38,429 nucleotides of DNA from Oscillospiraceae bacterium (GCA_045616105.1 JAZLGD010000153.1:1-38429); one strand, 5' to 3'; positions 8,736 to 18,251 are shown, numbered from the stretch's first letter. Notes: generated by a model from the sequence alone, not told the origin. Numbers and translations are program-made.

Positions 8736-10238
8736 TCATTCTCCTGCGTGGGATATTCCAAGGATTTCGAGTTCTTTTTCGTTCAGCCCTATGCCGCGGA
8801 GCATAAGTCTGTTTCCGCGAAGGGCTTCAATGGAGTTTATACCCATGCCGCCCATCAGCTCCTTTATCTCGTGGCGCCATGCGTTCATCAGGTTTACCAG
8901 TCTTCTGCTTCCCTCATCGGGGTCAAGTCTGCCGACCAGCTTCGGGTCCTGCGTTGCGATGCCCCAGCTGCACTTACCGCTCTGGCAGCTTCGACACAGA
9001 TGGCAGCCCATGGCAAGCAGTGCAGCCGTTGCGATATAGCAGGCGTCGGCGCCGAGCGCAATCGCTTTCACGACATCGGCAGAGCTTCTGATGCTTCCGC
9101 CTGCAACCAGCGATACGCTGTCGCGGATTCCCTCCTCGCGGAGTCTCTGGTCAACTGCCGCAAGGGCAAGCTCGACCGGTATGCCGACATTATCCCTTAT
9201 TCTCGTCGGTGCTGCGCCTGTGCCTCCTCTGAAGCCGTCGATTGCTATTATATCAGCACCGCTTCTTGCAATGCCGCCGGCGATTGCTGCAATGTTATGT
9301 ACAGCTGCTACCTTTACTATAACGGGCTTTTTATAATTCGTTACTTCCTTCAGCGACATAACAAGCTGACGCAGGTCCTCAATGGAATAAATATCGTGGT
9401 GCGGTGCAGGAGAAATGGCATCCGAGCCTGCGGGTACCATTCTCGTGCGCGAAACATCGTCGCTTATTTTTGTACCGGGGAGATGGCCGCCTATACCGGG
9501 CTTTGCGCCCTGTCCCATTTTAATTTCGATTGCAGCACCGGCATCGAGGTATTCTCCGTGAACACCGAAACGACCGGATGCAACCTGAACGATTGTATTT
9601 TCGCCGTAGCAGTAGAAGTCCTCGTGCAGTCCGCCCTCGCCGGTGTTGTAGTAGATTCCCAGCTCCCGTGCTGCGCGGGCCATGCTCTCATGGGCGTTAT
9701 AGCTTATTGAGCCGTAGCTCATTGCAGAAAACATTACCGGCATTGAAAGCTCCAGCTGAGGCGGCATTTTGCAAATCAGCCTGCCGTTTTCGTCTCGCTG
9801 CATTTTATCCGGCTTTTTACCCAGAAAGACTTTTGTTTCCATGGGCTCTCGGAGCGGATCAATAGGCGGGTTTGTTACCTGAGATGCGTTTATAAGAATG
9901 CGGTCCCAGTAAACGGGCATAGGCTTCGGGTTTCCCATTGAAGAGAGCAAAACACCGCCGCTTCCGGCCTGCTTATAGATTTCTTTTACCGTATCCTCAC
10001 CCCAGTTTGCATTATCGCGCATATGGCTTCCGCTTTTTACGATTTTCAAAGCGTGTACGGGGCAAAAACACACGCAGCGCTGGCAGTTAACGCATTTTGT
10101 ATCGTCAGCGATAACGGTGCCGGTTTTTTCGTCATATGAATGAACTCCGTGACTGCATTCGTTTATACACAGCTTGCACTGGATGCAGCTTGGTTTACGC
10201 TGAACTTCAAATTCAGGATATGAAAAATCAATTCCCAT
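8736..10238 (-). CDS. Glutamate synthase domain-2 protein (FMN/Fe-S TIM barrel) with an N-terminal 2x[4Fe-4S] ferredoxin module
   Basis: 500 aa. CIQCKLCINEC and CVNCQRCVCFCP are followed by MSYGSIS...GEGG...KMGQGAKPGIGGHLPG...PHHDIYSIEDL...GGTGAAP. The start overlaps the upstream stop (TGATG). Confidence 0.9.
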   Translation of the reverse strand: MGIDFSYPEFEVQRKPSCIQCKLCINECSHGVHSYDEKTGTVIADDTKCVNCQRCVCFCPVHALKIVKSGSHMRDNANWGEDTVKEIYKQAGSGGVLLSSMGNPKPMPVYWDRILINASQVTNPPIDPLREPMETKVFLGKKPDKMQRDENGRLICKMPPQLELSMPVMFSAMSYGSISYNAHESMARAARELGIYYNTGEGGLHEDFYCYGENTIVQVASGRFGVHGEYLDAGAAIEIKMGQGAKPGIGGHLPGTKISDDVSRTRMVPAGSDAISPAPHHDIYSIEDLRQLVMSLKEVTNYKKPVIVKVAAVHNIAAIAGGIARSGADIIAIDGFRGGTGAAPTRIRDNVGIPVELALAAVDQRLREEGIRDSVSLVAGGSIRSSADVVKAIALGADACYIATAALLAMGCHLCRSCQSGKCSWGIATQDPKLVGRLDPDEGSRRLVNLMNAWRHEIKELMGGMGINSIEALRGNRLMLRGIGLNEKELEILGISHAGE

Positions 10239-11341
10239 CAGTAAGTTCCCTCCTTCACTCGGACAATAACGGGACTGCCTCCGGCAGGCGCATAAATATT
10301 GCCTGCATCAGGATTCATTGCCCTTATTGCCGCCTCCTCGCTTGCGATATATACCATATCGTCTTTTTCTCCTACCACCATTGAACGGAGCTTCAATCTG
10401 TCGTTCAGGGCCATAAGTCCCCCTTCAAAGCCGAGAACTATTGAGAACGGACCCGTTATAAGAAGGCCCGGATAAGCCATTCGCAGGAATTTTAAACGCT
10501 CCGCCGTTTCAGGCTCACAGCGCTCGATTGTGCTCCAGAACGGAGCGGCAATTACAGAGGCAGTTTCTTCAAGCGTAAGCCCCTGACGGCGCATCAGATA
10601 GTCTATTGCGTAGGTAATAACCTCGGTATCTGTCTGAAGCGAGCATTTATATCCGAACATTTCAATATAGCGTCGGTTAGCATCATAGGACGATATCTCT
10701 CCGTTATGAACAATCGTCCAGTCAAGAAGCGAAAACGGATGGGCGCCTCCCCACCAGCCGGGAGTATTGGTAGGATATCTTCCGTGGGCCGTCCATGAAT
10801 ATGCTTCGTACTCATCCAGCCTGTAAAAGCGGCCTACATCCTCAGGATATCCGACGGCCTTAAACACGCCCATGTTCTTTCCGCTTGAGAACACATAAGC
10901 TCCGTTTATGGCGCTGTTTATATGCGTAACCGCACGCGCAACATATTCCCGTTCATCAAGCTGCATATGGTGCAGAACAGATCTGAGCGGAGTTACGAAA
11001 TAACGCCATATAATAGGTACATCGGTTATTTCTGGAACAATCTGTATGGGCATTTCCTCCGCCTGAACGAGCTCGAATTTTTCTTTAATATATGCTTCGC
11101 ATTCTCTGCGGCTTGTTTTATCATCGAAGAATATGTGCAGAGCAAACTCATCTTTGTGCTCGGGATATATTCCGTATGCCGCAAAGCCGCCGCCGAGACC
11201 GTTTGATCTTTCGTGCATGGGTATCATACTTTTAATAATATCCTCGCCGTTTGTCAGTCTTCCCTCTTTCGAGATCATGGCGGATATAGCGCAGCCGGAC
11301 GGTATTCTTACTTCTCCTTCTTTGTACTTCAAAACTCTCAT
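10238..11341 (-). CDS. Glutamate synthase domain-1 protein (class II glutamine amidotransferase subunit)
   Basis: 367 aa. [19 protein letters not shown], and [18 protein letters not shown]...VHNGEISSY. The ATG abuts the SD (aggagATG), so the in-frame TTG at 11332 is an alternative start. Confidence 0.85.
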   Translation of the reverse strand: MRVLKYKEGEVRIPSGCAISAMISKEGRLTNGEDIIKSMIPMHERSNGLGGGFAAYGIYPEHKDEFALHIFFDDKTSRRECEAYIKEKFELVQAEEMPIQIVPEITDVPIIWRYFVTPLRSVLHHMQLDEREYVARAVTHINSAINGAYVFSSGKNMGVFKAVGYPEDVGRFYRLDEYEAYSWTAHGRYPTNTPGWWGGAHPFSLLDWTIVHNGEISSYDANRRYIEMFGYKCSLQTDTEVITYAIDYLMRRQGLTLEETASVIAAPFWSTIERCEPETAERLKFLRMAYPGLLITGPFSIVLGFEGGLMALNDRLKLRSMVVGEKDDMVYIASEEAAIRAMNPDAGNIYAPAGGSPVIVRVKEGTY

Positions 11342-11346
11342 CTCCT

Positions 11347-11404
11347 AAAATGCAAAGATGGCGTCCGCCTAAAGGGCCGCAAAATGCCCTTGGCGAACGC
11401 CATC
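11347..11404 (-). promoter_or_regulatory. Leader hairpin plus U-tract (attenuator/terminator-like) in the 5' UTR of the glutamate synthase-glnA-ANTAR operon
   Basis: In the minus sense the RNA reads GAUGGCGUUCGCCAAGGGCAUUUUGCGGCCCUUUAGGCGGACGCCAUC followed by UUUGCAUUUU and then the SD. Confidence 0.55.
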
Positions 11405-11416
11405 GTTCTTGCAGGA

Positions 11417-11445
11417 ATGATAACTCATTTCTTGCAGCTTGTCAA
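11417..11445 (-). promoter_or_regulatory. Sigma-A-type promoter of the minus-strand nitrogen operon
   Basis: In the minus sense it reads TTGACA, a 17-nt spacer, then TATCAT. Confidence 0.6.
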
Positions 11446-11485
11446 TCAATTTAGCGTGTTAAATTATTATTTTGCAATTTGGCTA

Positions 11486-11514
11486 TTGACAAGGTGCAAA
11501 TATTGGTGTATATT
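11486..11514 (+). promoter_or_regulatory. Sigma-A-type promoter of the glnN-amt operon
   Basis: TTGACA, a 17-nt spacer, then TATATT. Confidence 0.6.
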
Positions 11515-11524
11515 GTGCAGCATG

Positions 11525-11585
11525 AAAAGGGCGCTGATGCCTGAGATTTTCTCTCGGTCATCAGCGCCCTTTTTTATTATTTTTT
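11525..11585 (+). terminator. Promoter-proximal intrinsic terminator/attenuator in the glnN leader
   Basis: The long stem aaaagggcgctgatg-cc(t)gaga...tctcgg-(t)catcagcgccctttt is followed by TTTTTTATTATTTTTT, about 20 nt before the glnN SD. Confidence 0.6.
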
Positions 11586-11605
11586 CCGAAAGGGTGGCAG
11601 ATAAA

Positions 11606-13702
11606 ATGAAAGCAGTTCCCGAATATTTCGGCAGTTTGGTTTTTGACGACAGACAGATGAAGGCAAGACTCTCCAATGAGGTATACGACTCATTGAAGAA
11701 AACAATAGACGAAGGAAAGCGTCTCGATCCCTCGGTTGCGAATGCAGTCGCACTGGCAATGAAGGATTGGGCGGTCAGTCTGGGGGCTACTCATTTTACC
11801 CACTGGTTCCAGCCTCTTACCGGCATAACGGCTGAGAAGCACGACAGCTTTATCGCTCCCGCTCCCGACGGCGGAATCATCATGGAATTCTCCGGCAAGG
11901 AGCTTATTAAGGGCGAGCCCGACGCATCCAGCTTCCCCTCCGGCGGTCTGCGCGCCACCTTTGAGGCAAGAGGCTACACCGCATGGGACCCCACTTCCTA
12001 TGCTTTTATAAAGGGCAATACACTTTGCATCCCCACGGCTTTCGCTTCCTACGGCGGCGAGGCACTTGATAAGAAGACTCCCCTTCTGCGTTCTATGGAG
12101 GCTCTTAACCGTCAGGCAATGAGAATCCTGAAGCTGTTCGGCACAGACGGCGTAAAATGCGTACGCACTTCCGTCGGTCCCGAGCAGGAATACTTCCTTG
12201 TTGACAAGGATATGTATCTCCAGCGTCCCGACCTTATTTACACCGGCCGCACTCTTTTCGGCGCAAAGCCTCCCAAGGGTCAGGAAATGAGCGACCACTA
12301 CTTCGGTGTTATACGTCCCCGCGTTGAGGCTTACATGAAAGAGTTGAATGAGGAGCTTTGGAAGCTCGGCATACTCGCAAAGACCGAGCATAACGAGGTT
12401 GCACCTGCTCAGCATGAGCTTGCACCTATTTATACAACTACTAATATTGCAACCGACCACAACCAGCTCACAATGGAAATCATGCAGAAGCTGGCCGAAA
12501 AGCACGGTCTTGTATGCCTCCTGCACGAGAAGCCCTTCGCCGGCGTAAACGGCAGCGGCAAGCACAACAACTGGTCCATTGCAACCGACACAGGCATTAA
12601 CCTGTTGTCCCCCGGCGATACGCCCCACGAAAACGCACAGTTCCTCATATTCCTGTGTGCCGTAATTCAGGCAGTTGATCAGTATCAGGCACTTCTCCGC
12701 TGCGCCGTTGCAACCGCAGGCAACGACCATCGACTTGGTGCAAACGAGGCTCCTCCCGCGGTTGTATCTATCTTCCTCGGAGACGAGCTGACCGCAATTC
12801 TTGATTCCATTGAAAACGACACCCCGTACAGCGCGGCCGAAAAAGCAACTATGAAGCTCGGCGTTCATGTTCTGCCCCGCTTCCAGAAGGACACCACAGA
12901 CCGTAACCGTACTTCTCCCTTTGCTTTCACCGGCAACAAGTTCGAGTTCCGTATGCTCGGCTCCTCAAACTCCATATCCTGCGCAAACATAATGCTGAAC
13001 GCAGCAGTTGCCGATGTTCTTGAGAAGTTTGCCGATGAGCTTGAAGCATCCACCGAAGACTTTGACACCGCACTGCACGCACTCATCAAAAAGAGCATCA
13101 GCCAGCATAAGCGCATTATATTCAACGGAAACGGCTATGACGACGCATGGATCAAGGAAGCAACCGAGGTTCGCGGTCTGAAGAATCTGCGCACCACCGC
13201 AGATGCAATGCCCGCTCTGCTGATTGACGAAAACAAGGATATGCTCCTTCGTCATCGCGTTTTCTCCGAATCTGAGCTCTATTCACGTTACGATATTATG
13301 CTCGACAACTACTGCAAGACTGTTGCGATCGAGGCAAACACCATGTCCGACATGGCAAAGAGGGATATTCTCCCCGCCATTGAGGCATACACCACTGAGC
13401 TTGCTGAAACCGTTTCCGCCAAGCAGAAGGTTCTTCCCGAGCTTGCATGCTCATACGAAAAGAGCCGCATCCGCAGGCTTTCACAGCTTGCAGATCAGCT
13501 TGACGAGGCCGTCAACGCTCTCGAGGATTCCCTTGTTCGCCTCGGCCTTGAATCCGACATAACCGCAAAGGCAAACATGATTCGCGATGAAATTCTCCCG
13601 AACATGAGCCTTGTCCGTTCTCCTGCCGACGAGGCAGAAACACTTACCTCCTCGAAGTATTGGCCCTTCCCGACCTATGGCAAGCTTCTCTTTGGTGTGT
13701 AA
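11606..13702 (+). CDS. glnN: Glutamine synthetase type III
   Basis: 698 aa from [18 protein letters not shown] (RBS aaagggtgg). The block [32 protein letters not shown] and the later [10 protein letters not shown] are typical of GSIII. The ORF-track start at 11213 runs through the promoter and a neighbouring gene. Confidence 0.9.
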   Translation: MKAVPEYFGSLVFDDRQMKARLSNEVYDSLKKTIDEGKRLDPSVANAVALAMKDWAVSLGATHFTHWFQPLTGITAEKHDSFIAPAPDGGIIMEFSGKELIKGEPDASSFPSGGLRATFEARGYTAWDPTSYAFIKGNTLCIPTAFASYGGEALDKKTPLLRSMEALNRQAMRILKLFGTDGVKCVRTSVGPEQEYFLVDKDMYLQRPDLIYTGRTLFGAKPPKGQEMSDHYFGVIRPRVEAYMKELNEELWKLGILAKTEHNEVAPAQHELAPIYTTTNIATDHNQLTMEIMQKLAEKHGLVCLLHEKPFAGVNGSGKHNNWSIATDTGINLLSPGDTPHENAQFLIFLCAVIQAVDQYQALLRCAVATAGNDHRLGANEAPPAVVSIFLGDELTAILDSIENDTPYSAAEKATMKLGVHVLPRFQKDTTDRNRTSPFAFTGNKFEFRMLGSSNSISCANIMLNAAVADVLEKFADELEASTEDFDTALHALIKKSISQHKRIIFNGNGYDDAWIKEATEVRGLKNLRTTADAMPALLIDENKDMLLRHRVFSESELYSRYDIMLDNYCKTVAIEANTMSDMAKRDILPAIEAYTTELAETVSAKQKVLPELACSYEKSRIRRLSQLADQLDEAVNALEDSLVRLGLESDITAKANMIRDEILPNMSLVRSPADEAETLTSSKYWPFPTYGKLLFGV

Positions 13703-13753
13703 GCGAATCTGAAAAGACTGTATTTACTTGATAGATAATGGAGTTGATTGACA

Positions 13754-15484
13754 ATGACTGTAGAGTTTTGGTTTTTGATAGGTGCTGCTTTGGTATTCTG
13801 GATGCAGGCAGGTTTCGCAATGGTCGAAACAGGTTTTACCCGCGCGAAGAACGCCGGCAATATTATAATGAAAAACCTTATGGACTTCTGCATAGGCACA
13901 GTAGTGTTCTCACTTCTCGGCTATACACTGATGATGGGCGAGGATGCGCTGGGCGGACTTATCGGTCTGCCGAATCTGGATATGTGGACTTCCTTCAAGG
14001 ACTTCATAGCAAGTCCTGCTGACGGAAGCTTCACCAGCGCATCCACCTTTGTTTTCAACCTTATGTTCTGCGCAACCACGGCAACCATAGTTTCCGGTGC
14101 TATGGCAGAACGCACCAAGTTTTCCGCATACTGCATTTATTCTGCAGTTATTTCCCTTTTTGTTTATCCCATTGAAGCCCACTGGATCTGGGGCGGCGGC
14201 TGGCTGGCTCAGCTCGGCTTCCACGATTATGCAGGCTCCTGCGCTATCCATATGGTCGGCGGTATCGCCGCTCTTGTCGGCGCAATACGCCTCGGTCCCC
14301 GTATCGGAAAATACGTCCGCGATGAGTCCAGCAAGGTCATAAAGGTAAATGCAATTCCCGGCCACTCCATCACTTTGGGCGCTCTCGGCGTATTCATACT
14401 GTGGCTCGGTTGGTACGGCTTCAACGGTGCAGCTGCAACAAGTGCATCAGAGCTGTCATCCATCTTCATGACAACCACCATAGCTCCCGCTGTTGCAACA
14501 TTCACCACCATGATTTACACATGGATCAAAAACGGCAAACCTGATGTTTCAATGTGCTTAAACGCATCCCTTGCAGGTCTTGTTGCAATAACCGCAGGCT
14601 GCGATGCTCTTGATGCTCTCGGTGCCAGCGTTGTCGGTATAGTCGCCGGCATACTCGTTGTCGTTGTTGTTGAATTTCTTGACCTCAAGCTGCATATTGA
14701 TGACCCCGTCGGCGCCGTAGGCGTTCATTGCGCAAACGGTATTTGGGGCACTTTGGCCGTAGGTCTGCTTGCAAACCCCGACGCTCCCGCAGGTCTCTCC
14801 GGTCTTTTCTACACGGGTTCCGCTTCTCTTCTCGGTCTTCAGACAATCGGCTTTGCTGCTGTTGCAGTATATTCCCTCGTGGTCATGTTCTTTGTATTCA
14901 TGCTGATTGATAAGCTCCACGGCCTGCGCACAACTGCCGAAGATGAGATTGCCGGTCTTGACTCCACAGAGCACGGTCTGCCCAGCTCTTACCCGGACTT
15001 TGCTCCGTCAGTCAAAAAGTATTCCTCCTATGCTCCCGAGGTCGGCATTTCCGCCGTCACCGGCGAAGTTCCCGCTGCAGAGGCAATTCCCGTCAAGGCT
15101 GTTCCTTCCTTCTCTGACGGAACGCAGCCTAAGTTCACGAAGGTTGAAATCATATGCAAGGAATCCAAGTTCGATACTCTTAAAAATGAGCTTTCAAAGC
15201 TTGGCATTACCGGCATGACTGTTGCCCATGTTTTGGGCTGCGGCGTACAGGGCGGACGCACCGAGTACTACCGCGGTGTTCCCCTCGAGACAAACCTTCT
15301 GCCCAAGGTGCAGATTGATATCGTCATCAGCAAGGTTCCCGTAAGAAGCGTTATAGATACGGCAAAGCGCGTGCTTTACACCGGTCACTACGGCGACGGC
15401 AAGATATTTGTTTACGATGTTGAAAACGTTGTTAAGATACGCACCGGTGAAGAGGGCTATGACGCACTTCAGGACGAAGAATAA
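13754..15484 (+). CDS. Ammonium transporter (Amt) fused to a C-terminal PII (GlnB/GlnK-like) domain
   Basis: The Amt core runs from FWMQAGFAMVETGF to HMVGGIAALVGA to WYGFNGAA to GVHCANGIWG. A linker of about 55 aa follows. The PII domain (15131..15481) reads KVEIICKESKFDTLKNELSKLGITGMTVAHVLGCGVQGGRTEYYRG...GDGKIFVYDVENVVKIRTGEEG. The ATG at 13754 has ggag 10 nt upstream. Confidence 0.85.
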   Translation: MTVEFWFLIGAALVFWMQAGFAMVETGFTRAKNAGNIIMKNLMDFCIGTVVFSLLGYTLMMGEDALGGLIGLPNLDMWTSFKDFIASPADGSFTSASTFVFNLMFCATTATIVSGAMAERTKFSAYCIYSAVISLFVYPIEAHWIWGGGWLAQLGFHDYAGSCAIHMVGGIAALVGAIRLGPRIGKYVRDESSKVIKVNAIPGHSITLGALGVFILWLGWYGFNGAAATSASELSSIFMTTTIAPAVATFTTMIYTWIKNGKPDVSMCLNASLAGLVAITAGCDALDALGASVVGIVAGILVVVVVEFLDLKLHIDDPVGAVGVHCANGIWGTLAVGLLANPDAPAGLSGLFYTGSASLLGLQTIGFAAVAVYSLVVMFFVFMLIDKLHGLRTTAEDEIAGLDSTEHGLPSSYPDFAPSVKKYSSYAPEVGISAVTGEVPAAEAIPVKAVPSFSDGTQPKFTKVEIICKESKFDTLKNELSKLGITGMTVAHVLGCGVQGGRTEYYRGVPLETNLLPKVQIDIVISKVPVRSVIDTAKRVLYTGHYGDGKIFVYDVENVVKIRTGEEGYDALQDEE

Positions 15485-15611
15485 TACAATTTTACAGGAT
15501 AAAACGCTCGAGTTTTGCTCGGGCTTTTATCCATATTTAGTTGAAAATATGAGGCGGCATATGATACTATAAATTCACATCAAAAATTTGGAAAAATAGA
15601 GGTAAAACCAT

Positions 15612-18191
15612 ATGGATGAGAAAAAAATCAGCACCGGCATCGACGGTCTTGACACAACGATCGATTATCTTCGGCCGGGAGACACCGCCATCTGGCAGAT
15701 TGAGCATATCCGCGACTATATGTTTGTTGCGACAAAGCTCGCCAGCAGAATTGCCCGTCAGGGAATAAGACTTGTTTACATTCGCTTCGGAGATCACGAA
15801 GAAATCGTAGACATTGATGCGCTTCAGCAGTGCGGAGCAAATGTTAAACAGTACACTCTTGACCCCCGAGTAGGCTTTGAAACCTTTGCCGTGCAGGTCC
15901 ACCGCATCATAAGTGCAGAGGGTAAGAATGTATTTTTCATATTCGACTGCCTTTCAGACCTGCAGAAATACTGGTTCTCCGATCTTATGATCTCAAACTT
16001 CTTCCTTCTGATAAACCCGTACCTTCAGGAGCAGAACGCTATCGCATATCAGCCGATAAACTATGAAAACCACACCTACGAGACCATCTCCCGCATACGC
16101 AGAGCCGCTCCGCTGCTTCTTAACATCCGCACCCTCAACGGCAGCACCTACATTCATCCCATAAAGGTTGAAGGCAGAAGCACTGCCAATATGTACTTCC
16201 CTCTTAAGATTACTGGAGATAATTGCGAGAACATTACTTCAAGTGCCGCAAACTACTCCATCTTTGAAAAGTTCACCCAGACCGGCGAGCGCCGCGACTG
16301 CTGGGACAGTATGTTTGATTCCGTTGACGAGGATGGAAGCGAGCCCACTGACGAGGAGGGTATTCGCCTTAAAGACAATATCATGCGCTGCCTTCTTGGT
16401 AATGAGCCCACGCGTCTTGAGCTGTGCCGCAAATACTTCAGCATGAAAGACCTTATGCGCATCAAGAAACGCGAGATAGGCACCGGTTGTATAGGCGGTA
16501 AAGCTGTCGGTATGCTGCTTGCAAGAAACATTATTCGTGATGAAGCTCCCGAGCTTTATGAAACTCATTTTGAGCCTCACGATTCCTATTACATCGGCGC
16601 TGACGTATTCTACACATACTTTGTCCAGAACGGCGCATGGTCACAGCGTACAAAAATGGTAGAGGACAAGGACTACTTTGAATGTGCTCCGAACATTCAG
16701 GAAAAGCTTCGCAACGGCATATTCATGCCGAGTATTACCGAACAGTTCCTGTCAATGCTCGAATACTTCGGTCAGTCTCCTATTATTGTCCGCTCCAGCT
16801 CCCTGCTTGAGGACGGCTTCGGCAATGCTTTTGCAGGTAAATACGAAAGCGTATTCTGCCCCAATCAGGGTACACTTGAGGAACGCTACAAGGTATTCGA
16901 GGAAGCAGTGCGCACCGTATATGCAAGCACTCTGAGCTATGACGCCATCAAATATCGTTCCGACCGAAATCTGCTCGACCGTGATGAGCAGATGGCTCTT
17001 CTTGTAATGCGTGTCTGCGGTGACTGCCACGGTTCGTATTACTATCCGCATATTGCAGGCGTCGGTCACTCAAAGAACCTGTATATAAACAGCACTAATG
17101 CTGTCCTGAACAACAAGGGCATGCTGCGTCTTGTATTTGGTATGGGCACAAGAGCCGTTGACCGCGAGGCCGATGACTATGCAAGACTTCTCAACATGGA
17201 TAAGCCCACCGCTCCTCCCATGGTCGCATACGGTGACGAATATAAATACTCCCAGCATAAAATGGATGTAATCGATCTTTCCGAAAACACCTTCACCACT
17301 ATCAATGCCGACACCATTGATAAAAAGGATCTTAAGACCGATGCAGGCCTGTTCATGGAGCCGGATATGCCCACCGCCGCACGCTATCGTGAGCTGGGCT
17401 TGTACAACACTCCCGTTCCCGAGATTCTCAATTTCCAGAAACTTCTCCGCAGAACGGATTTTGCCGATACCATGACAAAAATCATGCAGCTTCTCAGTGA
17501 TAAATACGATTATCCCGTAGACATTGAATTTGCCTGCAACTTCACTCCCGAGAGCGATTACAGAGTAAACCTCCTGCAGTGCAGACCGCTCCAGACAAGG
17601 GGCATTGGCAAGGCCGGTGTTATGCCCAAGGTTAAGGACTATATATTCCATATCAAAGGCAATTTCATGGGTGGAAACGTTTGCCTGCCCATAAGATACT
17701 GCCTGTTTGTCAAGGTTGAGCCGTATCTGTCGCTGAATCAGCAGATGAAATACCTTGTAGCCAGAAAGATTGGTCAGCTCAACGACATCCTCAAAAACGA
17801 AAGCTCCGTACTTATGGGTCCGGGCCGTTGGGGTACCACTACTCCCAGCCTCGGAGTTCCTGTAAACTTCATGGAGGTTTCAAAGTTTGACTGTATGTGC
17901 GAGCTTGCATATAACTCACACGGTCTGCGTCCTGAGCTGAGCTACGGCAGCCACTTCTTCCAGGATCTTGTTGAAGCAGGCAGCTTCTACTCTGCAGTTT
18001 ATCAGGGCGAAGACGGCTGCATCTTCAACGAGGATATTCTGGACAGCTTCCCCAACATGTACTCACAGCTTATGAATGCTGAGCCCGATGATCCCATGAG
18101 CGATGTAATCCATGTCTGTGATTTCGGAGAAAACAAGGCAATTCTGTACTCTGAAATCGAAAGTCAGGACTGTTTCTTTGCGCTTATGTAA
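15612..18191 (+). CDS. Fusion protein: KaiC/RecA-like N-domain without a Walker A motif, plus a PPDK_N-type (PEP/pyruvate-binding, ATP-grasp) domain
   Basis: 859 aa. The N-terminus ISTGIDGLDTTIDYLRPGDTAIWQIEHIRDY resembles KaiC/RAD55 but has no GxxGxGK[ST]. The centre carries CIGGKAVGMLLARNII and IVRSSSLLEDGFGNAFAGKYESVF. I saw no swivel phospho-His motif. Confidence 0.65.
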   Translation: MDEKKISTGIDGLDTTIDYLRPGDTAIWQIEHIRDYMFVATKLASRIARQGIRLVYIRFGDHEEIVDIDALQQCGANVKQYTLDPRVGFETFAVQVHRIISAEGKNVFFIFDCLSDLQKYWFSDLMISNFFLLINPYLQEQNAIAYQPINYENHTYETISRIRRAAPLLLNIRTLNGSTYIHPIKVEGRSTANMYFPLKITGDNCENITSSAANYSIFEKFTQTGERRDCWDSMFDSVDEDGSEPTDEEGIRLKDNIMRCLLGNEPTRLELCRKYFSMKDLMRIKKREIGTGCIGGKAVGMLLARNIIRDEAPELYETHFEPHDSYYIGADVFYTYFVQNGAWSQRTKMVEDKDYFECAPNIQEKLRNGIFMPSITEQFLSMLEYFGQSPIIVRSSSLLEDGFGNAFAGKYESVFCPNQGTLEERYKVFEEAVRTVYASTLSYDAIKYRSDRNLLDRDEQMALLVMRVCGDCHGSYYYPHIAGVGHSKNLYINSTNAVLNNKGMLRLVFGMGTRAVDREADDYARLLNMDKPTAPPMVAYGDEYKYSQHKMDVIDLSENTFTTINADTIDKKDLKTDAGLFMEPDMPTAARYRELGLYNTPVPEILNFQKLLRRTDFADTMTKIMQLLSDKYDYPVDIEFACNFTPESDYRVNLLQCRPLQTRGIGKAGVMPKVKDYIFHIKGNFMGGNVCLPIRYCLFVKVEPYLSLNQQMKYLVARKIGQLNDILKNESSVLMGPGRWGTTTPSLGVPVNFMEVSKFDCMCELAYNSHGLRPELSYGSHFFQDLVEAGSFYSAVYQGEDGCIFNEDILDSFPNMYSQLMNAEPDDPMSDVIHVCDFGENKAILYSEIESQDCFFALM

Positions 18192-18251
18192 CATCACGGC
18201 TGTTAATTCTGTATTTTTCATCTTAAGCAGGCTGCAATGTCAGGATTTTTA

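Noticed and set aside
11347-11585. A canonical ANTAR dual-hexaloop substrate, a glutamine (glnA-motif) riboswitch, or a TnrA/GlnR box (TGTNAN7TNACA) in the shared nitrogen control region.
   Set aside because: I found no pair of short stems with AxxGxx hexaloops. CGUUC...GGACGCC in the minus leader lacks the GGAAGUAGG core of the glutamine riboswitch. No 17-bp TnrA-type palindrome was found. The hairpins are therefore reported only as generic attenuator candidates.
11213-11605. An ORF-track 5' extension of the GS III gene, giving an 829-aa version.
   Set aside because: It would read through the divergent gene's start, both promoters and the leader terminator. The GS III homology starts only at MKAVPEYFG (11606), which has its own SD.
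11690-12868. A 392-aa minus-strand ORF inside glnN. Similar long antisense ORFs occur in the glutamate synthase genes (7881..8660, 8727..9710), carB (19711..20402, 21826..22233), the PPDK_N gene (17070..17651) and dapA (23347..23958).
   Set aside because: These are shadow frames of GC-biased coding regions. They have no motifs, no RBS, and overlap confidently identified genes completely.
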